Positions 1-9,577 of a stretch of 64,000 nucleotides of DNA are shown here, one piece after another (position 1 is the first letter of the stretch; each line of letters begins with the position of its first letter). This stretch comes from a virus: the IMG/VR virus record IMGVR_UViG_3300030090_007212, positions 1-64,000 of that record; one strand, written 5' to 3'. Both the position numbers and the translations under genes were made by a program. Below the pieces are notes generated by a model. The model had not been told where the DNA came from. It did not search any database and saw only the letters and a list, made by a program, of their open reading frames with translations.

Positions 1-1350
1 TTATACATACTCTGGCAACCTTGCAGATTTCCAAGAATTATATTCTCGTGTAGTTATTTCCCCATTAGATAAAATGGTTTTGTTTCCATCTTTATGGGGT
101 AAAATGTGATCCACCACGTATTTTTCACCATCTAATACTTCTAATAAAGAGATGTACTGGTGGGTATGACCTAAATTATCATTATACCATTCTCCTTCCA
201 CATTCCCGTTTATTCTAACCATACCTTTCTTTTCAACCCAAATATTAACCTTATCACAAAAGTTAAAAGCTCTTTTATTATCCTTTTCAACAGTAATATC
301 TTTAATATAGGGGGTTATATCCTGTAAAATCTTTTCAATTCTTTCCTCTATGTTGGAAGCGACTAATCTACATAAATCTCCCCATGTTTTCTCCTCCCCA
401 TTAATAACATATAATGCTCTTTTTTCATTTTTCCTAAGAGTTTCTTGTTGGTGGAATAATTCTAAAAATTCTTTATATTTGTCTTTAACTATGTGAATAT
501 TGTTATCATATAAATAACTAAGTAAAACATATAAATTATAAACAAATGATTTATCAAATTTCTTTTTGGTGGGATGGGTTTTCAACACTTTACCCCATTC
601 ACTTATAATTTTCTTAAAATCATTTAAATTAGCAGATTCTTTTTTATACATAGTGTCCCAAGAATCTTGTGTCCCCCCTCTTTTATTAGTTTCATAATAT
701 AATAACATCACTAATAATTCATCATCATACATTCTACTTTTCTTTATACTAATATAATCAGTAATAGTATTGAATTTAGTGGATATTTCTCTTATAGTAT
801 CAGCAACTACAGAATTAATACAATTTCTTTGTTCTTGTCTATTCCAAGGTTGACCTTGATTCACTTTAATACCTAACTCATGCATCTGTAATAATGACAT
901 GGAACTATATGTAGTAACGGTTAATTTCTTTTTAAGAAAAAGACTTTTATCTTTGTCGTGCGAATATTTAACTTTTATCTCTCCGTTTTTATATTTAGTA
1001 ATGGTCTGACTCCTATTATTCCCGTCAATTGAGATGTATTCAAACCCTCTATCCAGTAATCCTTTAAAATAGTCTGCATCCTTATGTCTATTTTTTTGTA
1101 AAGCAATATGATAACTAGCACCAATATTAACTAAAATAATAGAATGGGATACCATATTTTTATAAATGGAATCGATAAAATTTAGTTGGTTTTCTTTATT
1201 CCAAGAATTCCTCCTCTGGTATCTCGGATCAATAAAAATCTTCTTTGCTTCAATTTTGTTTATTATATCTTCAATATAATCTTTTTCAGTTGTAAATTGA
1301 ACTTCTTCAGCCATATCAATGACTATTTCATTTTTAGTTTTGGTTGCCAT
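1..1350 (-). CDS. DUF262 (ParB/Srx-fold) + C-terminal HNH protein, GmrSD-like
   Basis: N-terminal PRYQRRNSW and SIDGNNR match the DUF262 QR..W and DGQQR motifs. C-terminal VDHILPHKDG...N...N is an HNH motif. Confidence 0.75.
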   Translation of the reverse strand: MATKTKNEIVIDMAEEVQFTTEKDYIEDIINKIEAKKIFIDPRYQRRNSWNKENQLNFIDSIYKNMVSHSIILVNIGASYHIALQKNRHKDADYFKGLLDRGFEYISIDGNNRSQTITKYKNGEIKVKYSHDKDKSLFLKKKLTVTTYSSMSLLQMHELGIKVNQGQPWNRQEQRNCINSVVADTIREISTKFNTITDYISIKKSRMYDDELLVMLLYYETNKRGGTQDSWDTMYKKESANLNDFKKIISEWGKVLKTHPTKKKFDKSFVYNLYVLLSYLYDNNIHIVKDKYKEFLELFHQQETLRKNEKRALYVINGEEKTWGDLCRLVASNIEERIEKILQDITPYIKDITVEKDNKRAFNFCDKVNIWVEKKGMVRINGNVEGEWYNDNLGHTHQYISLLEVLDGEKYVVDHILPHKDGNKTILSNGEITTREYNSWKSARLPEYV

Positions 1351-1377
1351 AATTATTTTTTTTTATTAACGATTTTT

Positions 1378-1671
1378 TTAAACTAATTCTTCTACTATAC
1401 CGATTATTTCACTAAATACTAAAACTGATGCAGCCACTATCAAATCAAAAGGGATTAATATGTAACCTATAATTCTTATACCACTTTTAATAAATGAAAT
1501 AATTTGATGCCATTTTTGATTAGGCATCTTTTCAATGTTTTTATCTTTTTTATATAAATCTTCCATAGGTATTATTTTTGGGGTTAATGGATTTTTTTTA
1601 TTAGTTAATTCTTCATAATAAGGATTTAATTCTCCAGTGTAAGGGTCATGTGTTGGTATCTCTTTTTTCAT
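1378..1671 (-). CDS. hypothetical protein with hydrophobic C-terminus
   Basis: 97-aa ORF in the tightly packed minus-strand run. Confidence 0.55.
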   Translation of the reverse strand: MKKEIPTHDPYTGELNPYYEELTNKKNPLTPKIIPMEDLYKKDKNIEKMPNQKWHQIISFIKSGIRIIGYILIPFDLIVAASVLVFSEIIGIVEELV

Positions 1672-1675
1672 AATT

Positions 1676-1897
1676 TTAATATTCGTCTATTTTAACTTTA
1701 ACAGTAGTCATAATGGTTTTATAAAGTGTTACATTATTATCTTTACACCATTTAATAAATTCTTCATCAGTAATTTTGAATAGGGTATTACCAAAAGTTT
1801 CACGAAAATGTGGTAGATAACTTACTGGTAAGTTATAACTTCTTCTTCTACAACTTCCATCATGACTATGTGTTTGTATAGGTACGTATTTTTCCAT
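1676..1897 (-). CDS. hypothetical protein
   Basis: 73-aa ORF with 4-nt gaps to both neighbours. Confidence 0.55.
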   Translation of the reverse strand: MEKYVPIQTHSHDGSCRRRSYNLPVSYLPHFRETFGNTLFKITDEEFIKWCKDNNVTLYKTIMTTVKVKIDEY

Positions 1898-1901
1898 ATT
1901 T

Positions 1902-2252
1902 TTAATTTTTCCAAAAAACTTGTATAGATAATAAAATAAAACATAATATTAGAGATATAAATGTTTTCATCGTTATCCCTTCATTCATAAAATAACTTAC
2001 ACATGCCGCATATACTGCAATACCTATACCAAACCCTATAAATCTAGCAGGCCATAATAAACCATCAAATGAGGCAACAGTATACTTTGTTGCCCATATA
2101 TAACAAAAAGAAAGGGGAATACCTATTAATGCCATTACCCATTCATGGTCTTTACACCATTTCCATAAAAATTGCCCGTTTAGTTGAAACCAAGTAGTAA
2201 ACTGAGCAACTAAAAATATAAAAGACCCTATTAACAGTAACTTAAGATTCAT
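1902..2252 (-). CDS. small multi-pass membrane protein (SMR/DMT-like size)
   Basis: About four hydrophobic segments. Start moved to MNLKLL, whose ATG overlaps the upstream TGA (ATGA). Confidence 0.6.
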   Translation of the reverse strand: MNLKLLLIGSFIFLVAQFTTWFQLNGQFLWKWCKDHEWVMALIGIPLSFCYIWATKYTVASFDGLLWPARFIGFGIGIAVYAACVSYFMNEGITMKTFISLILCFILLSIQVFWKN

Positions 2253-2611
2253 TGTAATTCTAATAATTTTTGTGTAACTTTTTCTTTCGTTAACCACCCC
2301 TCCGGATCTTCCATATCAGACCCCCAAACTTCAAAAGTAGTTGTTCCATCCCCATATAACCCTTCTCCACCACCAACAATAGAGATCCAGTGATCTTCTC
2401 CCCCATTGGGGTTAGGGAAACCAAATGACCCTTGAATTGCTCCTGGTACCACACCATGAGGTAAAAATTGTATATCTTCAAATATATACACATCTAATAT
2501 ATCGGCAGCTTCTCTATGAGTAAACCCCATATCTTCCACTAAAGAATTAAAACCATCCTTTTTGGATAATTGGTTTACGTAATCTAAAATTTTTTGTGGT
2601 ATTGATTTCAT
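2249..2611 (-). CDS. hypothetical protein
   Basis: Start moved to MKSIPQ, just downstream of a TAnnTTTG promoter box. Confidence 0.6.
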   Translation of the reverse strand: MKSIPQKILDYVNQLSKKDGFNSLVEDMGFTHREAADILDVYIFEDIQFLPHGVVPGAIQGSFGFPNPNGGEDHWISIVGGGEGLYGDGTTTFEVWGSDMEDPEGWLTKEKVTQKLLELQ

Positions 2612-2616
2612 ATAAA

Positions 2617-2648
2617 CAAAGATAGAAAAAAAATTCCACTTATCCAAA
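2617..2648 (-). promoter_or_regulatory. Bacteroidota housekeeping-sigma promoter (-33 TTTG / -7 TATCTTTG)
   Basis: Minus strand reads TTTG (2648-2645), 20 nt, TATCTTTG (2624-2617), 5 nt, then ATG. Confidence 0.7.
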
Positions 2649-2652
2649 TAAA

Positions 2653-2865
2653 TTATAAAAAATCATTATCTCGTAACTCGTCTTCGGTAGGGTACCCAAT
2701 CAATTTTTCACAAATTGCACAGACTTTACGTACTGTTTTACTTTTATTGTGAAATTGGATAATGGTATGGGAATGATCGCATTGATGTTGGATATTTTTT
2801 AAGTCGTTTTTTAAGGATCTTATGTTATCCTTTATTTCATTGACTTTTCTTTTGTTCTCTTCCAT
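2653..2865 (-). CDS. small protein, coiled coil + possible Zn ribbon
   Basis: CDH...CAIC. Confidence 0.55.
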   Translation of the reverse strand: MEENKRKVNEIKDNIRSLKNDLKNIQHQCDHSHTIIQFHNKSKTVRKVCAICEKLIGYPTEDELRDNDFL

Positions 2866-2962
2866 AATAGTATTTTAACTATTATCAGATCATCTAAACT
2901 AAAAACACTGACTTAATCAGATATTTATGTTTATAAATATATCTTTTATAGATAAAGTAGTT

Positions 2963-3892
2963 TTAGTCTGCAGAATTTTCACTATAAATTTTAGAAATCC
3001 TTTCCCGAGCATAGTCACAAAATTTTTCTACTAAATCTATCCCAATATATTGTCTTTTCATTTTAGAGGCTGCATAGGATGTCGTCCCAGTTCCAGAAAA
3101 ATTATCTAAGACAATATCATTTTCCCTACTATAAAGATCTATAAAGAAAGCAGCAAATTCAGTAGAAAAAGTGGCTTCATGCCCCTCTACCTTTCCATCA
3201 TTATTTTTTGCCTCTAAAAAATTATAATAATTATTATAATATTTCTGACCAGTTCTAGATATAGAGGATACTTTTTTATTGGCTTTGAATTTAGGGGTTT
3301 TGGCAAAAATATAAACCATTTCTACAATCCTAGTTAATCTATTAGGGTGACCCGTTACAGGCATTGCAGATTTCTTTTTCCAAGCAATAGTGTCATAAAT
3401 TCTTAACCCAGTATTTTCAAATACTTTATTAATTAAATCATATGGTAAAGAAGGATTAAAAGTAGTATAACTAAAATTAAATGCAATTACACCATCATCT
3501 TTTAATATTCTTTCATATTCTTTAAAATTCTCTATCATCCACTCTAAATAATCGTCTACTGATTGATTATCTTTCACTTGATCTTTAGCACCAGGATATT
3601 TATGATTATCTTTACGAATAGATGCTAAATAAGGGGGTGAAGTTAGAATTAAATCTATACTATTCTTACTTAATTTTTTCATCGTTTCTACTGTATCTCC
3701 ACAATAAATTTGATTGGTGGTTAACCCAATATTACTTTTTTCTGCGGGATTATTATAATATTCCAACTTAGATAATAATAAAGTATCAGAATTTAAGGGT
3801 GGGTGTTCTTCTATCTTAGTAATAGACTTTATCATTTCAGGGAATAAAAGAAACTGATGTGCAGTCTTCTTTTTACGCTTAGGTATTTTCAT
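2963..3892 (-). CDS. DNA methyltransferase, N4-C/N6-A beta class
   Basis: Catalytic TSPPY precedes SAM-binding LDNFSGTGTT; also HEATF and YIGID. Confidence 0.9.
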   Translation of the reverse strand: MKIPKRKKKTAHQFLLFPEMIKSITKIEEHPPLNSDTLLLSKLEYYNNPAEKSNIGLTTNQIYCGDTVETMKKLSKNSIDLILTSPPYLASIRKDNHKYPGAKDQVKDNQSVDDYLEWMIENFKEYERILKDDGVIAFNFSYTTFNPSLPYDLINKVFENTGLRIYDTIAWKKKSAMPVTGHPNRLTRIVEMVYIFAKTPKFKANKKVSSISRTGQKYYNNYYNFLEAKNNDGKVEGHEATFSTEFAAFFIDLYSRENDIVLDNFSGTGTTSYAASKMKRQYIGIDLVEKFCDYARERISKIYSENSAD

Positions 3893-3901
3893 AAAACTAT
3901 T

Positions 3902-4261
3902 TTAATTTATACTATCTTCTGATGATACATTTATAGAGATACCATCCTTCTCTTCTAATTGTTTTTCCATTACAAACCAACTATCTTCATAATCATCTCT
4001 ACTATCTTCTTCTATTTGATACGCTGGTACAACATCTAACAAATATAATGAATTTTTTGTGGTTTTACAAAGAATATCATCATTTTTTAACAAAAATTCT
4101 TTCATATCATCAATATCATTGGTTATGTAATCCATAAATTCTTCATGTTTTTTACCAATAAATGCTGGTGTACACTTCCTAAACTCATCCATCTCAAATG
4201 TAAATTCAGGTGTGCTTTGAACTATTGTAAACGTCTCTATTTTTTTGATTTTAATCTCCAC
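3902..4261 (-). CDS. hypothetical acidic protein
   Basis: 119-aa ORF, GTG start, TATTTAT motif upstream. Confidence 0.55.
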   Translation of the reverse strand: MEIKIKKIETFTIVQSTPEFTFEMDEFRKCTPAFIGKKHEEFMDYITNDIDDMKEFLLKNDDILCKTTKNSLYLLDVVPAYQIEEDSRDDYEDSWFVMEKQLEEKDGISINVSSEDSIN

Positions 4262-4342
4262 TTTATTATCATTATATTAATAAATACTTCATTATTATCT
4301 CACCCATACTATTTTCACTATTTGTGACAAAAGTATGACATT

Positions 4343-4900
4343 TCATTTAATTCTTATTTTAATGTCATGTGGTGCTTTTTCGTCTCCCCCAAAATAAGGG
4401 TAAAGATAATATTTTCTGTATGTACCATCACAACTTCTTTTAGTTTCCTCACATAAATTTCCCACACATATTATATAACTACTATCGGTAAAAGTAATAG
4501 AATAGTCATAAGGTTGGTTAAGATTTATAGTAGTTATCTTATCAAAGGTGAAAATTCCATGCATATGTTTAAACCACAACACCTCTAAACTATCATTTAA
4601 CCATCTCCACCCTAATCTCATAGAATAATAACTATGATCACAACCACAATCACTTAATCCATAAAGTTTATTAACATCATATTGGTTTACAGGGTCATCT
4701 GTTTGGTATATAGCGGAAGAATCAAATATTGCCTTAAAAGTTAAATGATTGGTCTTAGTGGTATTATATGCAGTAGTTGAACGGTGTCTATTTTCTTTGA
4801 TCGTAAATACTCTATAACCTAAATCATCAATTTTCTTACACGCATTAAGAGATAAGAAAAAAATATAAATTAAACCTAATATAAAAATTCTTTTCATCAT
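4343..4900 (-). CDS. putative lipoprotein, beta-rich
   Basis: Signal peptide with lipobox-like LNAC. Confidence 0.55.
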   Translation of the reverse strand: MMKRIFILGLIYIFFLSLNACKKIDDLGYRVFTIKENRHRSTTAYNTTKTNHLTFKAIFDSSAIYQTDDPVNQYDVNKLYGLSDCGCDHSYYSMRLGWRWLNDSLEVLWFKHMHGIFTFDKITTINLNQPYDYSITFTDSSYIICVGNLCEETKRSCDGTYRKYYLYPYFGGDEKAPHDIKIRIK

Positions 4901-5808
4901 AAATAATCGTGATAAAATAAATCTAACTGATCACCATGTTGGGGTTTTTTAATGTCATTCTCCCCATAATTCATAATCAATAACTCTTCTCCCATATTTT
5001 GTTTAACCCCACTTTTCGCCGCAGCAGCTTTAGCAAATTCTTTTTTCTCCCAAACGTAATCATGCTTAGGAAACCATTTACCTAATAAAGTAAAATCATA
5101 ATAACTTAAAGAAAATAATCCTTCCATATTTTTTAAAGTATCTGCCAACCTTTCATGATCATTTCTATCAAAATCATGGTTAGAATAATAGTTCTCAGTC
5201 TTCCAATACGGTGGGTCTACGTAGAAATAACTTTTATCACCATCGTATTTTTCTATTACTTCTTGAAAATCTAAATTCTCTACAAAAGTTATTTTGTCAA
5301 AATGTTCTCTATATTTAGGATTTTTTAATTTATCCATAAAAATTAAAACCTTACACCTATACTTACCCTTATAGTCAGTATAACTGGAGGTTTCTGGTTT
5401 AGACCCAGAAAAAATCTGTGTTAATACATATACATACTTAGAAGCAATCTCATATTTATTTTCTTGAGTTATTTGAATATTACTATGGAATACTTCTTGT
5501 TGGTATTCTTTAAACATTTTTTCATATTCCGGTGGTGTGTTTTCTACACCCAATTGTTGACAAGGGTATTTACTTAATTCATCCCATAATTTATCATAAT
5601 CTTCGGCACAACAATCAAATAGATTTGCGTTTAATCCATTGAAATCATTGTAGACTACTGTTTTAAGATTAGGGTATTTCTTTAAATCCATATTAAAAAA
5701 TACCCAAAACATACCACTAAAAGGTTCAACATATGTTTCAATATCTCTAGGGATAAAGGGGACTATCCATTTCCCAATACGTGCCTTTCCACCAATATAA
5801 CTTATCAT
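4897..5808 (-). CDS. dam: DNA adenine methyltransferase, Dam/D12 class
   Basis: YIGGK, YVEPFSG, VYNDFN and catalytic DPPY. Confidence 0.88.
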   Translation of the reverse strand: MISYIGGKARIGKWIVPFIPRDIETYVEPFSGMFWVFFNMDLKKYPNLKTVVYNDFNGLNANLFDCCAEDYDKLWDELSKYPCQQLGVENTPPEYEKMFKEYQQEVFHSNIQITQENKYEIASKYVYVLTQIFSGSKPETSSYTDYKGKYRCKVLIFMDKLKNPKYREHFDKITFVENLDFQEVIEKYDGDKSYFYVDPPYWKTENYYSNHDFDRNDHERLADTLKNMEGLFSLSYYDFTLLGKWFPKHDYVWEKKEFAKAAAAKSGVKQNMGEELLIMNYGENDIKKPQHGDQLDLFYHDYL

Positions 5809-5824
5809 TTACTATTTTTTATTT

Positions 5825-5853
5825 AAGGTAACACTCTAATCTAAAAATGTCAA
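5825..5853 (-). promoter_or_regulatory. sigma70-type promoter TTGACA-N17-TACCTT
   Basis: Exact -35 hexamer, 17-nt spacer and near-consensus -10, 16 nt upstream of the dam-like start. Confidence 0.5.
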
Positions 5854-5895
5854 GTATTTTACACTTAAAATTAACATCTTTTTTTAAATATACGA

Positions 5896-6606
5896 TTATT
5901 TTTCCATTTTTTCAATAACCTCTTCAATAATACCATATTTTACCGCTTCATCTGCAGTTAACCATAAATCTCTACTTGCGTCTTCCTTAACCTGTTCGGG
6001 GGTTTTATCACAATAACTACCTAACAAACCAAAAAGTATATCATTATATTTTTCTGATTCTGCTAAAGTAATTCTAATGTCTTGAATATTACCTTGTGCA
6101 CCAGAACTAACTTGATGTAACATTACTTTACTATGTTTTAGGGAAAATCTTTTTCCTTTCTGTCCAGCACCTAATAAAACTGAACCCATAGATGCAGCCA
6201 TACCCGTATTAACAGTAATAATTTCTGAATGTACGTAATTCATTACATCAATCATAGATAAACCACTTTTAACACTACCACCAGGACTATCAATATACAT
6301 TGTAATATCAGTATTATTATTTTGATCCAAAAATAATAATTGTGCCTGCACCACAGTACTCATACCATCATTAACTGGACCCGCAACCCACAATATTCTA
6401 TCCATCATTAATCTTGAGAATATATCCATTTGTGTTACTCTCATTTCTCTCTCCTCTAATATATAGGGGGTTAGTGCCGCACTAGGGGAATATAATCTAT
6501 CTTGTAATTTTTCCCAATAATGGAATTGTAACCCGCTAATCCCTAAATGTTTCATAGCATAATTTTTAAATTCGCCATAATAATCTTCTGTACTTAAATA
6601 ATCCAT
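5896..6606 (-). CDS. clpP: ATP-dependent Clp protease proteolytic subunit
   Basis: DIFSRLMMDRI, YIDSPGGSV and the catalytic triad AASMGS / MLHQ / RD. Confidence 0.95.
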   Translation of the reverse strand: MDYLSTEDYYGEFKNYAMKHLGISGLQFHYWEKLQDRLYSPSAALTPYILEEREMRVTQMDIFSRLMMDRILWVAGPVNDGMSTVVQAQLLFLDQNNNTDITMYIDSPGGSVKSGLSMIDVMNYVHSEIITVNTGMAASMGSVLLGAGQKGKRFSLKHSKVMLHQVSSGAQGNIQDIRITLAESEKYNDILFGLLGSYCDKTPEQVKEDASRDLWLTADEAVKYGIIEEVIEKMEK

Positions 6607-6655
6607 CTTTTTTTTTATTTTAAATTTTAAATATATGTTTTATAATTTTCTTGTG

Positions 6656-6922
6656 TTATTTCCAATGATCTTTTATACTATAAATATCTTTTTTAAATAT
6701 AACATTTTTATCAGAATCTTTGATATGTATATCCATTTTATTTTCCATAACAGGTAAGAGGACATCTTCCCATAAACCTAAATTGTAAGTATGAGAAGTT
6801 TTTTTTTCTTCATTAAAAAATTTCACCATTAAATGACCTAATGGTGCAATATAAATCTCCTCAATGATACGAGGAGCACCATCAATTCTTAATTTAGGGT
6901 ATAATTGATAACTATTTTTCAT
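6656..6922 (-). CDS. hypothetical protein
   Basis: 88-aa ORF in the operon-like run. Confidence 0.55.
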   Translation of the reverse strand: MKNSYQLYPKLRIDGAPRIIEEIYIAPLGHLMVKFFNEEKKTSHTYNLGLWEDVLLPVMENKMDIHIKDSDKNVIFKKDIYSIKDHWK

Positions 6923-6926
6923 TATT

Positions 6927-7595
6927 TTACTGTTTAGTATTATTAAAAATATTTTTAATCTTTTCTAGAATACTCATAGAAGGCTCACCAAAATCTACTT
7001 TTTCAAATTCTTCACAATTAATAAAATCTTCTTTCAATTTGAATACTATAGATATTCTATGATATCCCTCGAAAATGGGTGCATATTCTCCTTTATTAAT
7101 TACCCATTTAAATTCTAAATTTTCATGACTTAAAAATCCATCTTTACAATATATACCCCTATTAGAATGAGTTATACTATCTAAAATAATTTGATTGTAT
7201 TTTACCCACCATTGAGTGTTAAATAAATTTTCAATAAAAGAGTTATATTCATCAACCGAAGTAAAATTATCATAAAAAGGATCACCACTTCCCCACTTAC
7301 TTTTAGTTGGGGATACTTTTATGATTGGTTCGGAGTAAAGTCTATATTTTTTAAGTTGGTTTTTACTATATTTTTTTAATTCATATAGATTCCCATCTTT
7401 ATCGATTGCATCCGACTTAATAAATTTACATTCACTTAAAATGGGTTTAAATCGTTCTGGGTTTTTATTTAAACTAACTAGTTTAATAACATTATTTTTA
7501 CCTTCTCCTGCCCAACAGAGTCTAGGTCTTTTCATGTGCCTACTCAAACCATAAGCCCTAAAAATATATTCTTCAAATTCTTTTCTTGTCTTCAC
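6927..7595 (-). CDS. hypothetical protein, possible PD-(D/E)XK nuclease
   Basis: E...SDAIDKDGNLYELKK resembles a D-Xn-E-X-K active site. Confidence 0.5.
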   Translation of the reverse strand: MKTRKEFEEYIFRAYGLSRHMKRPRLCWAGEGKNNVIKLVSLNKNPERFKPILSECKFIKSDAIDKDGNLYELKKYSKNQLKKYRLYSEPIIKVSPTKSKWGSGDPFYDNFTSVDEYNSFIENLFNTQWWVKYNQIILDSITHSNRGIYCKDGFLSHENLEFKWVINKGEYAPIFEGYHRISIVFKLKEDFINCEEFEKVDFGEPSMSILEKIKNIFNNTKQ

Positions 7596-7612
7596 TCTTT
7601 TATTATCATTAT

Positions 7613-8662
7613 TTAATTAGTAACTACCGATTCCACTTCTTTTAAAGTCTCGGATAATAACTTTGTTATTAAGTAAGGATCCGCATTAGATGCAGGTCGT
7701 CTATCTTCTAAATAACCTTTCCATCCATCGTTTACTACCCCTAAAGGTATTCTAATACTTGCACCTCTATCCGAAACACCATAACTAAATGTATCAATAT
7801 TTGCAGTTTCATATTCACCTGTTAATCTTAATTCATTAGATGACCCATAATTTTCAATAAAGGTTGTGTGCGTGGTGTTAAGATTCTCACATATCGCAGT
7901 GAAATATTCTTTACCCCCTTCTTCTCTCATTCTATTATTAGAAAAATTAGTATGTAATCCACTACCATTCCAATCCCCTAATACAGGTTTAGGGTGGAAT
8001 TCTACGTGTACGTCATATTTCTCACAAATACGATGTAATAAATACCTAGTTAACCACAAATCATCACTAGCCCTTTTACATCCTTTACCTAGTATTTGGT
8101 ATTCCCACTGACCTAACAATACTTCCGCATTGATTCCTGTTAGTTTTAAACCTGCAGACAAACATGTATTTAAATGTTCTTCCGCTAAATTTCTTCCATT
8201 TACATTCCTAGTACCTACTGAACAATAATACAACCCTTGAGGGTCTGGATTACCATCTTTAGGAAAACCTAATGGTTTACCATCTTTAATTAATGTATAT
8301 TCTTGTTCAAAACCGAACCAATATTCCTCTTCATTACCTAATAAATGACGAGTATTGGATACATGTGGTGTACCATCTGGATTTAATACTTCACATAATA
8401 CTAAAAATGCTTGTTGACGTTGAGGGTCGGCAATTACCCTTACTGGTTGTAATAAACAATCAGAAAAGTTACCTTCCGCTTGACGAGTGGAAGATCCATC
8501 GAATGACCATGTAGGTAATTCTTCAGGACAAGGACCATTTTCCCTTAAAGTATTATATTTAGGATTAACGGTTGGATCAAAATTCCATATTTTTGTCTTA
8601 CTTCTTAAGTTAGACTCTGGTTGGTATCCATCCAACCAAATGTATTCTAGTTTAACTAACAT
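7613..8662 (-). CDS. glnII: glutamine synthetase type II
   Basis: EYIWLDG, WSFDGSST, FGFEQEY, NAEV..GQWE, HPKP..GDWNGSGLHTNFS, RGASIRIP, YLEDRRPASNADPY; 349 aa. Confidence 0.95.
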   Translation of the reverse strand: MLVKLEYIWLDGYQPESNLRSKTKIWNFDPTVNPKYNTLRENGPCPEELPTWSFDGSSTRQAEGNFSDCLLQPVRVIADPQRQQAFLVLCEVLNPDGTPHVSNTRHLLGNEEEYWFGFEQEYTLIKDGKPLGFPKDGNPDPQGLYYCSVGTRNVNGRNLAEEHLNTCLSAGLKLTGINAEVLLGQWEYQILGKGCKRASDDLWLTRYLLHRICEKYDVHVEFHPKPVLGDWNGSGLHTNFSNNRMREEGGKEYFTAICENLNTTHTTFIENYGSSNELRLTGEYETANIDTFSYGVSDRGASIRIPLGVVNDGWKGYLEDRRPASNADPYLITKLLSETLKEVESVVTN

Positions 8663-8682
8663 TTTATTTTTTTAATTTTTTT

Positions 8683-8949
8683 TTATTTTTCCCAAAACTT
8701 TTGGTTTTTTAATTTCACATAAATATTAAAAGGTTGGTATATCATTCCGATTACAAACCCATACATCGCCATAAAAGTTAATATGACTGGTAGTAAAGGG
8801 ATATGTCCACCATTATATTCCTCCATTATTTGTGGGGTTGCCCATATAATCTGAACAATACCTAATAATGTAAGTAATACTTTAATTTTACCTCTTTTAT
8901 GTTCGGTAAATAACCATTTTAAATAGGAAGGTTTATTGTTATTTTTCAT
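8683..8949 (-). CDS. small two-TM membrane protein
   Basis: Two hydrophobic segments. Confidence 0.55.
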   Translation of the reverse strand: MKNNNKPSYLKWLFTEHKRGKIKVLLTLLGIVQIIWATPQIMEEYNGGHIPLLPVILTFMAMYGFVIGMIYQPFNIYVKLKNQKFWEK

Positions 8950-8975
8950 CTTTTTTTATAACTTTATTTAAGTTG

Positions 8976-9049
8976 TGGAGGATATCGGAGTCGAACCGAT
9001 GACCTCCTGCGTGCAAGGCAGGCGCTCTAGCCATCTGAGCTAATCCCCC
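8976..9049 (-). tRNA. tRNA-Ala(UGC)
   Basis: Cloverleaf GGGGGAT...ATCCTCCA with the G3:U70 identity pair, anticodon arm CCTGC-CTTGCAC-GCAGG and T-loop GGTTCGA; CCA not encoded. Confidence 0.97.
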
Positions 9050-9064
9050 ATAACTATAAATATC

Positions 9065-9517
9065 TCATACTAATGATTTATTTTTCTTATTATTGATTTT
9101 GGCTTGATCTTCCTCAATTTTCTTTTGTTCTAATAAAGTAACTATACTTTCTTTTATACTCATATAGTGATCAATACTATATTGTCTTAAAACACCACTA
9201 AATGTTGTTACATCTGGTTGCGATATTGTTAATTTATCTTTATCTAATTCATAAACTATTCTCGCTAATAAATCTTTAACCACATATTCTTTTTGTTCGT
9301 TTTCTAATTTATCAAAAATCGGTTCGTTTATTTGAATTATAACATCATAATCTGTCATAAATTTAACTATGTCTTGTGCTTTGGTTACTGTCCCAAAGTC
9401 TTTAATAGTATTATTTGAAAGTATTTTGATGTTAATAAATTCAGGAATATTACTTTGTCTTATCTGAGTTTGAAACTCATCTAGTGTCTCTTGATAGACT
9501 TCTTCAAATTTTGCCAT
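9065..9517 (-). CDS. hypothetical protein, resembles the putative phage metallopeptidase domain but lacks HExxH
   Basis: DYDVIIQIN...FDKL...KEYVVKDLLARI...PDV..F pattern. Confidence 0.5.
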   Translation of the reverse strand: MAKFEEVYQETLDEFQTQIRQSNIPEFINIKILSNNTIKDFGTVTKAQDIVKFMTDYDVIIQINEPIFDKLENEQKEYVVKDLLARIVYELDKDKLTISQPDVTTFSGVLRQYSIDHYMSIKESIVTLLEQKKIEEDQAKINNKKNKSLV

Positions 9518-9577
9518 TTTTTATAAATTTAATAAATTGATTATTTTATTTAAAAATACTACATAATAATCAAAAAA

